Of a DNA stretch of 64,000 bases, positions 1 to 11,047 are shown in pieces; the first letter of the stretch is position 1; each line of letters begins with the position of its first letter. The stretch spans positions 26,536,001 through 26,600,000 of the forward strand of contig NC_043014.1 in assembly GCF_006345805.1 (NCBI RefSeq), read 5' to 3'. A program made the translations under genes and the position numbers. The notes under the pieces are model-generated. The model worked only from the letters and a program-made list of their open reading frames with translations, searched no databases and had not been told where the DNA came from. This DNA comes from Octopus sinensis. Its lineage: Eukaryota.

Positions 1-60
1 ATGGAGTTGCATGAAACGATCGTACTGCATTACCTCTGGATATCTTTGTTGCTTATTTTG

Positions 61-100
<40 letters not shown>

Positions 101-123
101 ATATATACACATATATATATATA

Positions 124-188
<65 letters not shown>

Positions 189-190
<2 letters not shown>

Positions 191-566
191 ATTTTGGAAT
201 GGTCGTTTTGCCAGTTTAGCCAATAAAAACCCACGCACTATATATTTGGTATTGCTTTGCTTCAGTGTTATTTATTTTTTGCATTAATCTTAATCGTATT
301 TCGGCCAGAGTTCTTTCGTCACACTCCTGTGACCGCATCAGTGGTCCTTTGCTTTCTTCTTTCTTATTTGTGTGTCTCTCCTTACTAACCGTCAGCCATT
401 TTGTATTTCTATTGTATGGCGGTCACAGGAATGTGACGAAAGAACTCTAGCCGAAATAAAACTAAGCTTAATGTAAAAAATAAATAACACTGAAGCGAAG
501 TAACTCCAAATATATAGTGCGTGTGTTTTTATTGGCTAAGATGGCAAAATGACCATTCCGAAAAGC
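189..566. repeat. Inverted duplication of a PLE-type tail: ~148-bp arms (189-336 / 419-566), 82-nt spacer
   Basis: 419-458 matches the reverse complement of 297-336 at 38/40. Similarity continues outward at roughly 85-90%. Flanked by AT-rich microsatellite. Confidence 0.9.
305..344 (-). ncRNA. Minimal type I hammerhead-like motif with variant core (CUGAUGC)
   Basis: Minus strand: CCA CUGAUGC G GUCAC aggagu GUGAC GAAA GAAC UC|UGG. Stem I 3 bp, stem II 5 bp, stem III 2 bp. A9 is replaced by C. Confidence 0.5.
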
Positions 567-742
567 ATATCTGTTTCAACACAGATATGTGTGTCAACAC
601 GATTTCACATAAAAAAATCTTGCACAACAAATACATAAACGTATATATATATATAATATATATATATACACATATATACATATATATATATATATATTCA
701 TACATATATATATATATATTCATACATATATATATATATATT

Positions 743-785
<43 letters not shown>

Positions 786-789
786 TAAT

Positions 790-822
<33 letters not shown>

Positions 823-1284
823 CATATACATACATACACATATATATCGATAAGAAAGACGGAGTGTACTGTAAGCTTTAATTAGCACGACGATTGTCTC
901 GGCTTACATCTGCACTACTCCATCGTGGGTAGAGGCCGATATAATGGAGCAGTGCAGAAGAAACCTAATCACGTAGCATAATATGTTACAGTATTATATG
1001 TTCGTTTCACTGTGTGTGGCAGGATAGTGTTGGTATGATTCGTGTGTTTATAGTAGTACACCATTCCATATACATGTATATAGACACACACACACACAAA
1101 CACACACAAACGCACGCACACACAGACACAGACACACACACATACACACACACACACATACATGTATATATGTGCGTGTCTATATACATGTATATAGATT
1201 GGTGCACTTCCTGAAAAGAGCATCGTATGGTTGTACATGCCTTATTATAGACCAAGTCAGATCATATTTCATCTTATTAAATTT

Positions 1285-1470
1285 GAGTTGCCACAGGTAC
1301 TTATTTTATTTTGTTGCCATTGGCGCCACTGACACTTATTTTATCGGCCCCGAAAGGTCGAAAGTAAAAATCGACGGCAGCGGAATTTGGTCTCAGAACA
1401 TAAACACGGACGAAATGCCGCTAAGCATTGAGCCCGACATACTAATGATTCTTCTAGCTCTACTATAGGT
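1285..1470 (-). mobile_element. tRNA-derived SINE (Octopus-type family 1), degenerate
   Basis: Core tacttattttatcggccccgaaagg...ggaatttggtctcagaac is shared with the copies at 27795, 29925 and 31945. Confidence 0.8.
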
Positions 1471-1728
1471 TACTTCGGACATTTGGCTGAAACGAAAACC
1501 ATTCCCACCCTACGAATAGTTCGATTGAACGACATATATATAATACATGATATAATACATCTATGCATACACACACACATTTATTTATTGCTGGTGAAGA
1601 CCGGTGTGCAGGGTTTCCCTCAGTTTCTCGCCATAAAGGATACCGTTATGGCGTAGTGAGCTCCTTCTCCTGATATATGATTTTCTAAAAATAACGATCT
1701 ATCTATCTAATATATATATATATATATA

Positions 1729-1783
<55 letters not shown>

Positions 1784-2068
1784 CACGCACAGACTCACAC
1801 ACACACACACACACATTGATAGATATGTGTGTGCGCGTGAGCAAGTGTGTGAAAAATGCTTTTAGGCATATGATAGAACCCGTGTTTAAAGATAAATGAT
1901 AGCTTTATCTTATCTACTTCAGCCAGTGCAGATGGTGACGTTTTGTAATAATTACACAACGTAGACATATTACGCGATAAAAAAAAGTGATTTAAGTGAA
2001 GCCTATGTTCTTTATAGAAATATAAACTGTTATTAAGGTAAACTAAAATAATAATCATACATATATAT

Positions 2069-2111
<43 letters not shown>

Positions 2112-2264
2112 TGTATGTATCTTCGTAATTGTTGATCACTATATATCAACGCTTTTGTAGACACATATACATCCTTTCCCCACACGCAGCTATGCATGTA
2201 CAAACACGTGATACATGTACTTACATATACATACATACATACACACACATATATATATATATAC

Positions 2265-2312
<48 letters not shown>

Positions 2313-2449
2313 TATATAATATATGATATATATATATATGTATATATATATATATGTGTGTATGTATGTATGTATGTATATATATATATATGCATATATG
2401 CATATAAATATCGTAGCTGCTTTCTCGTATACGAGCAAAGCCATTGCTA

Positions 2450-3880
2450 CAATGAATCACTGAAATGAGTCATTGTTGATGCAATGTGAGGCCCGACAAA
2501 AGATTTGCACATTTTATTGCATAATACACAGCTGTAATGGCTAGCACAAGGAACAGCTGCCACAGTATGAACTCTTTTGACATGCTTTTACAATCCTCCA
2601 ACTGAGAGGCACAGCTTTCCACAGGTTGCACATGTTCTGTTGTGAATAACAGCCATATCGCAATTTACCACGGGTCGATTACTGTGAGTTCTCTGATGAT
2701 TGACCAGGCCCGCACGACTCAAGCACCTCCTCCCACAAACCACACTCATAAAAAGCAACACTCCCTCATCTTCCGCAGGTTCATTCCTTCTTAGCCTTCT
2801 CTTAATCTTTTCATGCTTCATTTTCTCTCTTTCAAACCTCGAAAAACCACGGTGCACTCTCTTCTCTCATCTATCTTGGTCTGAACCTCATTTTGGGTTT
2901 GTGCTGGTCTCCTACCATATTCCAGCTCACTATAAAAAGTTGCCCCACCTTAAACGACTTCGCAGAATCATTGATTCTACACTTCTACTACCTCTTTTCT
3001 CAAGTACCTCCACAACACTGATGATCATGCTCCGATTTGTCCCCAAAATGTTCCTAAGACGATATTGAAGGTATCGTTCTAGATGCCTTAAATGCCTACG
3101 ATAAACAACCAATGTCTCACTTCCAAATAGCAAAGAGGGCAGTATACATGTGCTATCAACCCTAACTTTACCTTGGAAAGATATGCTATAACGTTACCAG
3201 GGACGATCGACTTCAGTGAGTCTATTGAGCAACTCACCACAATGCTTTTACCATCTCCCAATTATACCTTTAGGATTTTCTAATAATTCTGTGCCATCCT
3301 TGCTACGAAGTGGAGCAACCGTTGATGAAGTTGGACCATAAACTTTTTCTCAAAAGTGAGAGTAAAAAATGTGGAATTGCTAGCATTTGAAGCTTCTTAG
3401 ATTCCATTGCATCTATCACTCCAATAATTTTCCTCCATCATTCTCAGCTTCCTCTACACTGTTGCTTTTACAGCCTTGAAATGTGTAACCGCTGTCCTGA
3501 TCATTTAAAAGTCAGCATTTAGCAACATGTTGAATGCCTTTCTCTTCTTTACGATAAGACTAATTTCTTTATCATTATCGTCTACAAAACCAAGTATGTT
3601 TCTACAAACCTCATAGATTCTCTTTTTGAACGAATTCCAACTTCCATCACAGGACAAATTTTTTTATCTCACTCACAAACTCATTGTCTACTGACCGTAT
3701 TTTAAGTTTATTGACATTTAGGTTTTATTGACATTTCGGTAACTTAACATTGTTTCTTCTTAACTTAGGCTTGACAATAAAATTCACCTTAGCACGCAAA
3801 AGGCTATGTTCCATCCAGCACTCTGTACCACGCATATATACATTCTACACATACACGCGTCCACACACATTCTTGAATGT
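2450..3880 (-). mobile_element. RTE-clade LINE remnant, internally deleted and frameshifted
   Basis: RT C-terminus LFGSETLVVYRRHLRHLER...LRSRLRWG (2930-3133). Terminal C2H2-like CGRRCLSRAGLVNHQRTH (2588-2857). APE end MRGTECWMEH near 3800. Confidence 0.85.
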
Positions 3881-4030
3881 CCTTTGACCACTCATTAGTT
3901 CTTCTGCCCTTTGACAGGTCCTATTTTTCGTCTCACAGGATGTCCAACAACCACCCTCCTCACCAAGCAAGCTCGGTGGAGTTGCCAATTTAGTCGCCGA
4001 TAACCCGGCCATGTAATATGTTGTACTGTA
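3870..4030 (-). repeat. Dispersed repeat shared with 45975-46160 (+); probably an RTE 5' region
   Basis: Minus-strand acagtacaacatattacatggccgggttatcggcgactaaa...gtcaaagggcagaagaact aligns with 45990-46125. Confidence 0.7.
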
Positions 4031-4049
4031 TTACATGTTACCAGTATAT

Positions 4050-4285
4050 ATCTGTACAATTGTAGCGTGGAAGATGTTTGTAAAACATTTAACAACACAC
4101 AAAAAACCGTTAGATTCACTTCAACATTTGAATTTAATTTTAATTTAATTTAATTTAAACGTTGAAATGAATCTAACAATTTTTGTGTGTTCTTAAATGG
4201 CTGACAAACATATTCCACACTGCAACTGTTTTGTTTCAGCACACGATCTCTGATCAAGTCACTTGCTGTGCAAGTACACCTCTTC
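4050..4285 (-). mobile_element. Fold-back non-autonomous element, same family as 10155-10435
   Basis: ~75-bp inverted arms around an (AATTT)n spacer, plus the gatctctgatcaagtcacttgc leader. Confidence 0.75.
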
Positions 4286-4287
4286 TT

Positions 4288-4393
<106 letters not shown>

Positions 4394-4514
4394 ACCTGCG
4401 TCAGTCTTATTAGTTCACCTGTATTAATTTAGAAAAAGATGCATAGTCCATCAAAGGAAAGCTGTTTTTGAAAACAAACTGCTACAAATAATCTTGAGAA
4501 CCATCTTATCACAC

Positions 4515-5517
4515 TTATTCAGTGGATTCACTGTTAACATCAATGACTGCTTTAATACAGGGTCGGAAGCGTTGACATGCCTGAATCAAATGATCTTTAT
4601 CAATTTTGGACATAGTGCTGATTATGATGGACTTGAGAGATTGTACGGTATATTTTTCGGAGTTGGGGGTGATCGACCTCTTCCTTGACTGTGCCCCAGA
4701 CGTTATAGTCCAGTGGATTGAGGCCTAGAGAGCTTGGAGATCACGTCTCTGGGAGAAGATGAGGATGGAGAATGGCATACATCTCTGCTTATGCTGTCCT
4801 TGCCTTGTGAGACGGTGCAGTCTTGTCAGAAGAGTTTCGTACTCTGTGTATCCAGAACCTCACTACTTTCTCCAACACCTCTGCGGCATTGATTCTTAAG
4901 CCCTGTGGAAAAAGTGGGGAGGCATGACATTTCTCTCGTTGCTAACGACTCCCAGGACTAACATAGCTGCTGGGAAGTTAGTATGCATGACGGTCGGAAC
5001 CTAACTGAGTATCGTTCCTTTGATTTGCTTTTGTTCCTGCTCAAGGTTTTACTTATCAGAGAAAAAAAAACAATTCATTCCATCCTCTTAGTGTTTTAAC
5101 TTGCTTAGCAAGCTCTTTGTGTATGGATCTAACGACGTAAACTGACCATTCCGCATCACGTACGACTTGTACCACTTGTCCTCAAGCATAACACATCTGA
5201 TGGTGCATTCTGAAAGCTTGATGATCTTCGTAATGGCTCTAATTGGCTTTTCGGGTTTTTCGGGGATTTTAGATTATTTCTCGGATGTTTTTGTACAGAG
5301 TTATGAATTATGATGTTATTAGGATCTTGTGCATATGTTTTGTATATAGCTGCTGATGGTTTCTGCCAGTCAGCAACATCCAGCTACTTTTAAACGTTGA
5401 CAAAGAAGGATCGGGCAACTTGCGGAAGCAAGCTATTTCTGAATGACTATACTGCGCTTTTAAGGCAACGATTTCAACTTGCTGTTTCATTTGCTGAGTC
5501 AACCTGACGTCTAACAT
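4515..5517 (-). mobile_element. Decayed maT (DD37D-type) Tc1/mariner transposase
   Basis: Remnants PHFFPQGLRINAA.EVLEKVV, VMHTNFPAAMLVLG, LNPLDYNVWG and DKDHLIQACQRFR, with many stops and frameshifts. Confidence 0.75.
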
Positions 5518-5593
5518 TATTTATCTGAAACAAAGGTACGAAAAAGTAAGTTCGAAGAAAGTTAGAGCACTTGAAAGAGATGTCCTCAAAAAC

Positions 5594-6200
5594 TTGATGG
5601 TACCTTGTATACATGCACAGTGCAACGGTTTCAGAATAGAATTTAGTTACACGCCAAACCCTAAGCCCTCCAGGAGAAAGCGCTACCAGAAAGTGTTGTG
5701 TTTCACACCACCCTTTTCTGTAAGCGTTAAAACCCGAGTAGGTAAGATTTTTCTTGGCTTAGTAGACAAGCTCTTCTCCCGTACAAATAAGTTAATAAGC
5801 ACACTTTGAGAATTCCATCTTGCTGTGCACCCAGTGTAAAGAATATTTTGGAAGGTAGGCCAATACTTGAGACAGAAGGAAGGTGCTCATGTAGAGGTAG
5901 CACAACGTATCCACTGAACGGCCACTGTAATATGCAGACCGTCGTATACGAGGTAGATTTAAAAGCAATATGACCAAATGACCAAACGTGCGAAAGTACG
6001 TAACAAACACCTTTCAACACCCTGTAGAGACGTAACGCCACAACCTTCTATAGCAGTAGGAAGGGAAGATTATGCCTGGTTGAGAAAAGAGCGATTTTAA
6101 AGAGCTCCCAGCTCACATGCATTTACCCGAATAGCAGAAGTGAATTTTTTTTAATCTTTGCAAACATGAAAGGAAGTACATCATATTATAACTGCGTGCC
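5594..6200 (+). mobile_element. Penelope-like element 3' fragment (RT thumb to GIY-YIG); 5626-5722 is repeated at 8571-8667
   Basis: KVLCFTPPFSVSVKTRVGKIFLGLVDK is homologous to KVIWFTPPYSPEVAFNIGKYFLALIDR in ORF 54423-56378. VVYEV GIY-like segment. Confidence 0.75.
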
Positions 6201-6438
6201 CCAACACGACTATAATCACCAATCCCCCCCATTTCGGCCCTTCATTTGTACCTGGGAATCCGGTCAAGAACACAAAACTTAAAGACAAACATTTCTCACA
6301 AACACTTTTCTAGTAAGCTCTTGCCGACTTGTAACAATACCATCGTAAGAGACGATGTCTTGACACCAAGGTACATAACTCCGGATGTGTCTCTTCACCT
6401 CCAACAATTGAGAGCAGTCGTCATACTTCATTGCATAA

Positions 6439-6531
6439 CGGCTACCTCTGAAGAGTGCTCTGTTATATATCGGACTGTTACCTAACACTGCGTTGAACCC
6501 CTATTGCGAAACCGATTGGTAAGATCAGCCG
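6439..6531 (+). ncRNA. Type I hammerhead ribozyme candidate downstream of the PLE fragment
   Basis: CUGAAGA 6448-6454 and GAAA 6508-6511. Stem III ACC/GGU with GAUU loop, GUA site (cut after 6521). Stem I cggcu-accu / agau-c-agccg. Stem II is weak. Confidence 0.6.
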
Positions 6532-7103
6532 TGATAGATATATAACATACTGTATACTACGATTAATATTAATATATATATCTCTTATTATTAAAGGCAG
6601 ATTTTATCTGCCTCCCTTTGTCTCTTATAGAAATCTACAATATAGGATTTCTTCAATTACAATTTACCTAGCATTTTTAAGAGTAGAATGCATCGGGTCG
6701 TGCCAAGTCCAGTTTTTAAAATTTCAACCCCAATTAAGCAAAATTTAGAGAAAACTCACATTGTGGTGTGTATGTCAAGTGCTTTTCTTAGTGTGGGCTA
6801 CAGCACACACACACGCACACACACACAAACGGAGCGAACTGTTTCACTGACGCTATCACCCTAATTTCTCCCATCGATTAAAGTGAAAGTAATTCACTTT
6901 TTGTAGTGAGTGACTCTTTCACTCTGCATTCCCACTTCCTCTTTACACACATAGACACGCAAATAAATAAATAAAATTGTAAGCTAACGTGTGTGTGTGT
7001 GTGTGTGTGGTGTGTGTGTGTGTGTGTGCGTGTATGTGAGTGTGTGTGTGTGTGAGGGTGCGTGTGTGTGTGTGTGTGTGCGTGTGTGTGAGTGTGTGAC
7101 AGG

Positions 7104-7620
7104 AAAGTTTTTTGGGACGAATATGAGACCTAAAGTATTTCCAAGTAGCAGAAAGATCGCCCAAAAGTGTATATAGATATTTAAATGTATTTATATATTC
7201 ATCTATACACAGATGTATGTATAATGTGTGTGTATATATTTCCATAGAGGTAACCTTTCACTCCATACAAAGTTTTTTAGGACGAATATAAGATCTAAAG
7301 TATATACAAGTAGCAGAAAGATCGCCCAAAAGTGTATATAGATATTTAAATGTATTTATATATTCATCTATACACAGATGTATGTATAATGTGTGTGTAT
7401 ATATTTCCATAGAGGTAACCATTCACTCCATACAAAGTTTTTTAGGACGAAAATAAGATCTAAAGTTATCTCTAAGAAACAGAAAGATCGCTCAAAAGTG
7501 TATATAGATATTTAAATGTATTTATATATTCATCTATACACACATGTATGTATAATGTGCGTGTATATATTTCCATAGAGGTAACCATTCAATCCATACA
7601 AAGTTTTTTAGGACGAAAAT
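7104..7620. repeat. 165-bp tandem repeat, about 3.1 copies, inside Helitron A
   Basis: Unit starts (aaagttttt...ggacgaa) at 7104, 7269, 7434 and 7600. Confidence 0.95.
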
Positions 7621-7880
7621 ATTTATATATAAAAGAAAGGTTGTGTGTCTGTCTACTCCGATTTAGATTCCTAACTACTCCCACATTTTGCGATGCAGTT
7701 TAACCAAAACCGGGTATCTTATAGTCGTGATTCATATCGAGCCCTTCTGGGTATTAGCGCGCGTCTACGATGAGTCTACGATTTTACAAATAATTTACCA
7801 TCATTTTTTTCCATTTTAATGCATATTTTTTTTAATAAAGGGAAGTAACTCTCAAACTTCACACCAATATACGTGCTCAT

Positions 7881-8390
7881 ATGCGACGTAATATCACATC
7901 AGCAGCATTTCCTCACACCCTCCTTGCACTTGGCGAAGGCAAAATACCAGGGGATGAAAATGGTAATATTGCCATCGATTCCATTTGTACCATTGTTAAG
8001 ACGCCTTCTGATCTCAGAGATGCAGTGTTCCCAGATCTACAAGCTAATTATCAGAATATGGATTGGATTGGCAAAAAGGCTATACTGGCCCCAAGGAATA
8101 AAACTGTTCACCATATTAATGATGAAATGCTAAAACTCATTCCTGGGGAAGTCTATGTATATCAGTCTATCGATACAACTCCTGACCCAGAGGACGTCAT
8201 TAACTATCCAATAGAGGTACTCAATTCCTTTGAGCACCCCGGACTACCACCACACTTTCTCAAACTTAAAGTTGGTGCCCCTATAATGCTCATCAGAAAT
8301 TTGGTTCCCCCAAAACAATGCAATGGCACACGTTTGATCGTTAAGTCCTTATCTCCCACCGTAAACTTATATCAATATTTGCCTGAATAA
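7881..8390 (+). pseudogene. Helitron Rep/Hel PIF1-family helicase fragment
   Basis: [43 protein letters not shown] motifs. Truncated at both ends. Confidence 0.92.
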
Positions 8391-8680
8391 TCATCATAAT
8401 TCAGTGCAATCATTAACAGTACTTTCAAGCAATTCAGCCCCGAGCAACGCCGGGCAATTCTGCTAGTATAATATGAGATAAAATTTTACGAAAAAATTTC
8501 TATCAATGGCGAGCATATCAAAAATACCTTTAAAGGTTAAATTTATAAGTTGTTTATATATATATAAACGGTTTCAGAATAGAATTTAGTTACACGCCAA
8601 ACCCTAAACCCTCCAGGAGAAAGCGCCACCGGAAATTGTTGTGTTTCACACCACCCTTTTCTGTAAGTGGTATGAAACAT

Positions 8681-8803
<123 letters not shown>

Positions 8804-8826
8804 GATAGAGAGATATATATATAGAT

Positions 8827-8877
<51 letters not shown>

Positions 8878-9135
8878 CATAGATAGATAGATAAGATAAA
8901 CTTATTTGGAAATGGATGCGTGGCGTTCAATCAAATAATAATATAAATTATATATATATATATATGTAAACAAATCAAATTGCGATAAAATCAAAATAAT
9001 TATAATCGCTGGTATTTCTAACACAAGCCATATATTTTCCATATATCAGTACATTAAGGCGAAATATGTGCTAGGAACACAGAAGCTGGATAAATTTAGT
9101 GAAATGAAGATAAAAACGTTTACTAACTCGGTTAT

Positions 9136-9207
9136 TCTCAGACTGCAGTTTCTTTCTTTTCAGCAATAAAGATAACTTATTTGCTCAGGGAGAATTCATC
9201 AGTGAGA
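9136..9207 (-). ncRNA. Type I hammerhead ribozyme, array copy 1
   Basis: UCUCA CUGAUGA [stem II UUCU/AGAA + AGCAA/UUGCU] GAAA CUGCAG UC|UGAGA. GUC site, cut between 9141 and 9140. Confidence 0.85.
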
Positions 9208-9532
9208 GCCCTGTTTTTCTGAGATCCTAACTCACTAGAAGCATGTGCTTCTAATGATTTACTCTCTCTAACTAATCAGATCACTGCGCAGACTCCGAAC
9301 GTCCCGACAAAACTAGGGATTTCTGGTATATCGTTTAGCGCTCAAAATTTATCGAGAAATATGTAAACAAATCAAATTGCGATAAAATAAAGATAATTAT
9401 AATCGCTGGTATTTCTAACACAAGCCATATATTTTCCATATATCAGTACATTAAGGCGAAATATGTGCTAGGAACACAGAAGCTGGATAAATTTAGTGAA
9501 ATGAAGATAAAAACGTTTACTAACTCGGTTAT

Positions 9533-9604
9533 CCTCAGACTGCAGTTTCTTTCTTTTCAGCAATAAAGATAATTTATTTGCTCAGGGAGAATTCATCAGT
9601 GAGA
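9533..9604 (-). ncRNA. Type I hammerhead ribozyme, array copy 2
   Basis: Same fold. The outer stem I pair is U.G. Cut between 9538 and 9537. Confidence 0.85.
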
Positions 9605-9929
9605 GCCCTGTTTTTCTGAGATCCTAACTCACTAGAAGCATGTGCTTCTAATGATTTACTCTCTCTAACTAATCAGATCACTGCGCAGACTCCGAACGTC
9701 CCGACAAAACTAGGGATTTCTGGTATATCGTCTAGCGCTCAAAATTTATCGAGAAATATGTAAACAAATCAAATTGCGATAAAATAAAAATAATTATAAT
9801 CGCTGGTATTTCTAACACAAGTCATATATTTTCCATATATCAGTACATTAAGGCGAAATATGTGCTAGGAACACAGAAGCTGGATAAATTTAGTGAAATG
9901 AAGCTAAAAACGTTTACTAACTCGGTTAT

Positions 9930-10001
9930 TCTCAGACTGCAGTTTCTTTCTTTTCAGCAATAAAGATAATTTATTTGCTCAGGGAGAATTCATCAGTGAG
10001 A
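9930..10001 (-). ncRNA. Type I hammerhead ribozyme, array copy 3
   Basis: Same fold. Cut between 9935 and 9934. The array boundary coincides with the start of stem I. Confidence 0.85.
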
Positions 10002-10154
10002 TATATATACATATATATATACATATATGCATATATATGTATATATATATGCATATACTAGCATTAAAGACCCGTCGTTGCCGGGTCATAGTGCTAGTAC
10101 ATGTATATATGTGTATATATATGTGTACATATTACATGTACATCTATATATATA

Positions 10155-10435
10155 CAGAGATGTACTCGCATAGCAAGTGATTTGATCTGAGATCGTGTGC
10201 TGAAACGGAAACAATTACAGAGTGGAAGGTGTTTGTAAGCCATTTAAGAAACACACAAAAGCCGTTCGATTCACTTCAACATTTAAGAGATGCAGCACGG
10301 ATTTTTGTCAGTGAACAGGTCGCTGATTTTAGCGACGAAAATATTTTGACAAATTAAACTTAAATGTTGAAGAGAATCGAACGGCTTTTGTGTGTTTCTT
10401 AAATGGCTTACAAACACCTTCCACGCTGCAGTTGT
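10155..10435 (+). mobile_element. Fold-back element inserted in Helitron B
   Basis: Arms 10211-10286 / 10360-10435, with 65/66 matches in the core. Absent from Helitron D, where only a (TA)n run is present. Confidence 0.85.
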
Positions 10436-11047
10436 TATATATATACATCTACACATAAAATACAAAATACAAAGTTATATCTTGATATCACTAGTGATAA
10501 CAATACTCAAAATATATAACAGACTGGAATTGTTAGCCCCTCTCTTGTAATTTCGATCAATTGTATCTTGTCCTCCCTCTTGTATAGAAGTGTGGCTACA
10601 ATTCAGCCTACCTCTACTTCTGGGGAGGGGGGCATTTAAAATTTTTTTCCGGAACGTCCTACGTCCCAGATATAAAGGTAAAAATAAAATAAAGTACTCC
10701 CTTGCACGCTCCGCTGACTCGAACCTTGCTTCTCTTGTGGCGAATTTACCGCCTCTGATTAGGTACCTTTCATAGTCGCACAAGACACTTCTCAAAGGTG
10801 CTTTCCTCCATGTTGTTTTATTATTACCCACAAGGGGCGAACATAGATGGGACAATACAATCTGATGATGGGGTCAGATACACGAATGGGTTTTACAAAA
10901 AAGCGAATTTTAAAAATTTACAGAAAAATAACAAAATAGAATGGAGAACAGACCGGAAGACATTACGGATGGAGTGGAAGCGGGTTTAGCTCGGACCCCA
11001 CGAGCCCCGCCTCCCCACTGATACTTTGGTTTCGTCTGGTTTTACAT

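Larger units (their letters stand above)
6580..8466 (+). mobile_element. Non-autonomous Helitron A
   Basis: 3' hairpin cccgagcaacgccggg then CTAG|T at 8463-8467. TC-start similar to Helitron C. Carries a PIF1 helicase fragment. 5' boundary approximate. Confidence 0.8.
8964..10001 (-). mobile_element. 397-bp tandem array (2.6 units), one hammerhead per unit: retrozyme-like
   Basis: Unit starts at 8964, 9361 and 9758, nearly identical. HHR motifs are exactly 397 nt apart. Flanked by AT microsatellite. Confidence 0.85.

Noticed and set aside
7104-7620. 165-bp tandem repeat as a second retrozyme or CRISPR-like array
   Set aside because: No hammerhead core was found on either strand and there are no unique spacers; tandem repeats are common inside Helitrons.
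10862-10890. CTGATGA in the Tx1 3' UTR (plus strand)
   Set aside because: It lies within a TCTGA/TCAGA hairpin, with no GAAA or stems I and III.
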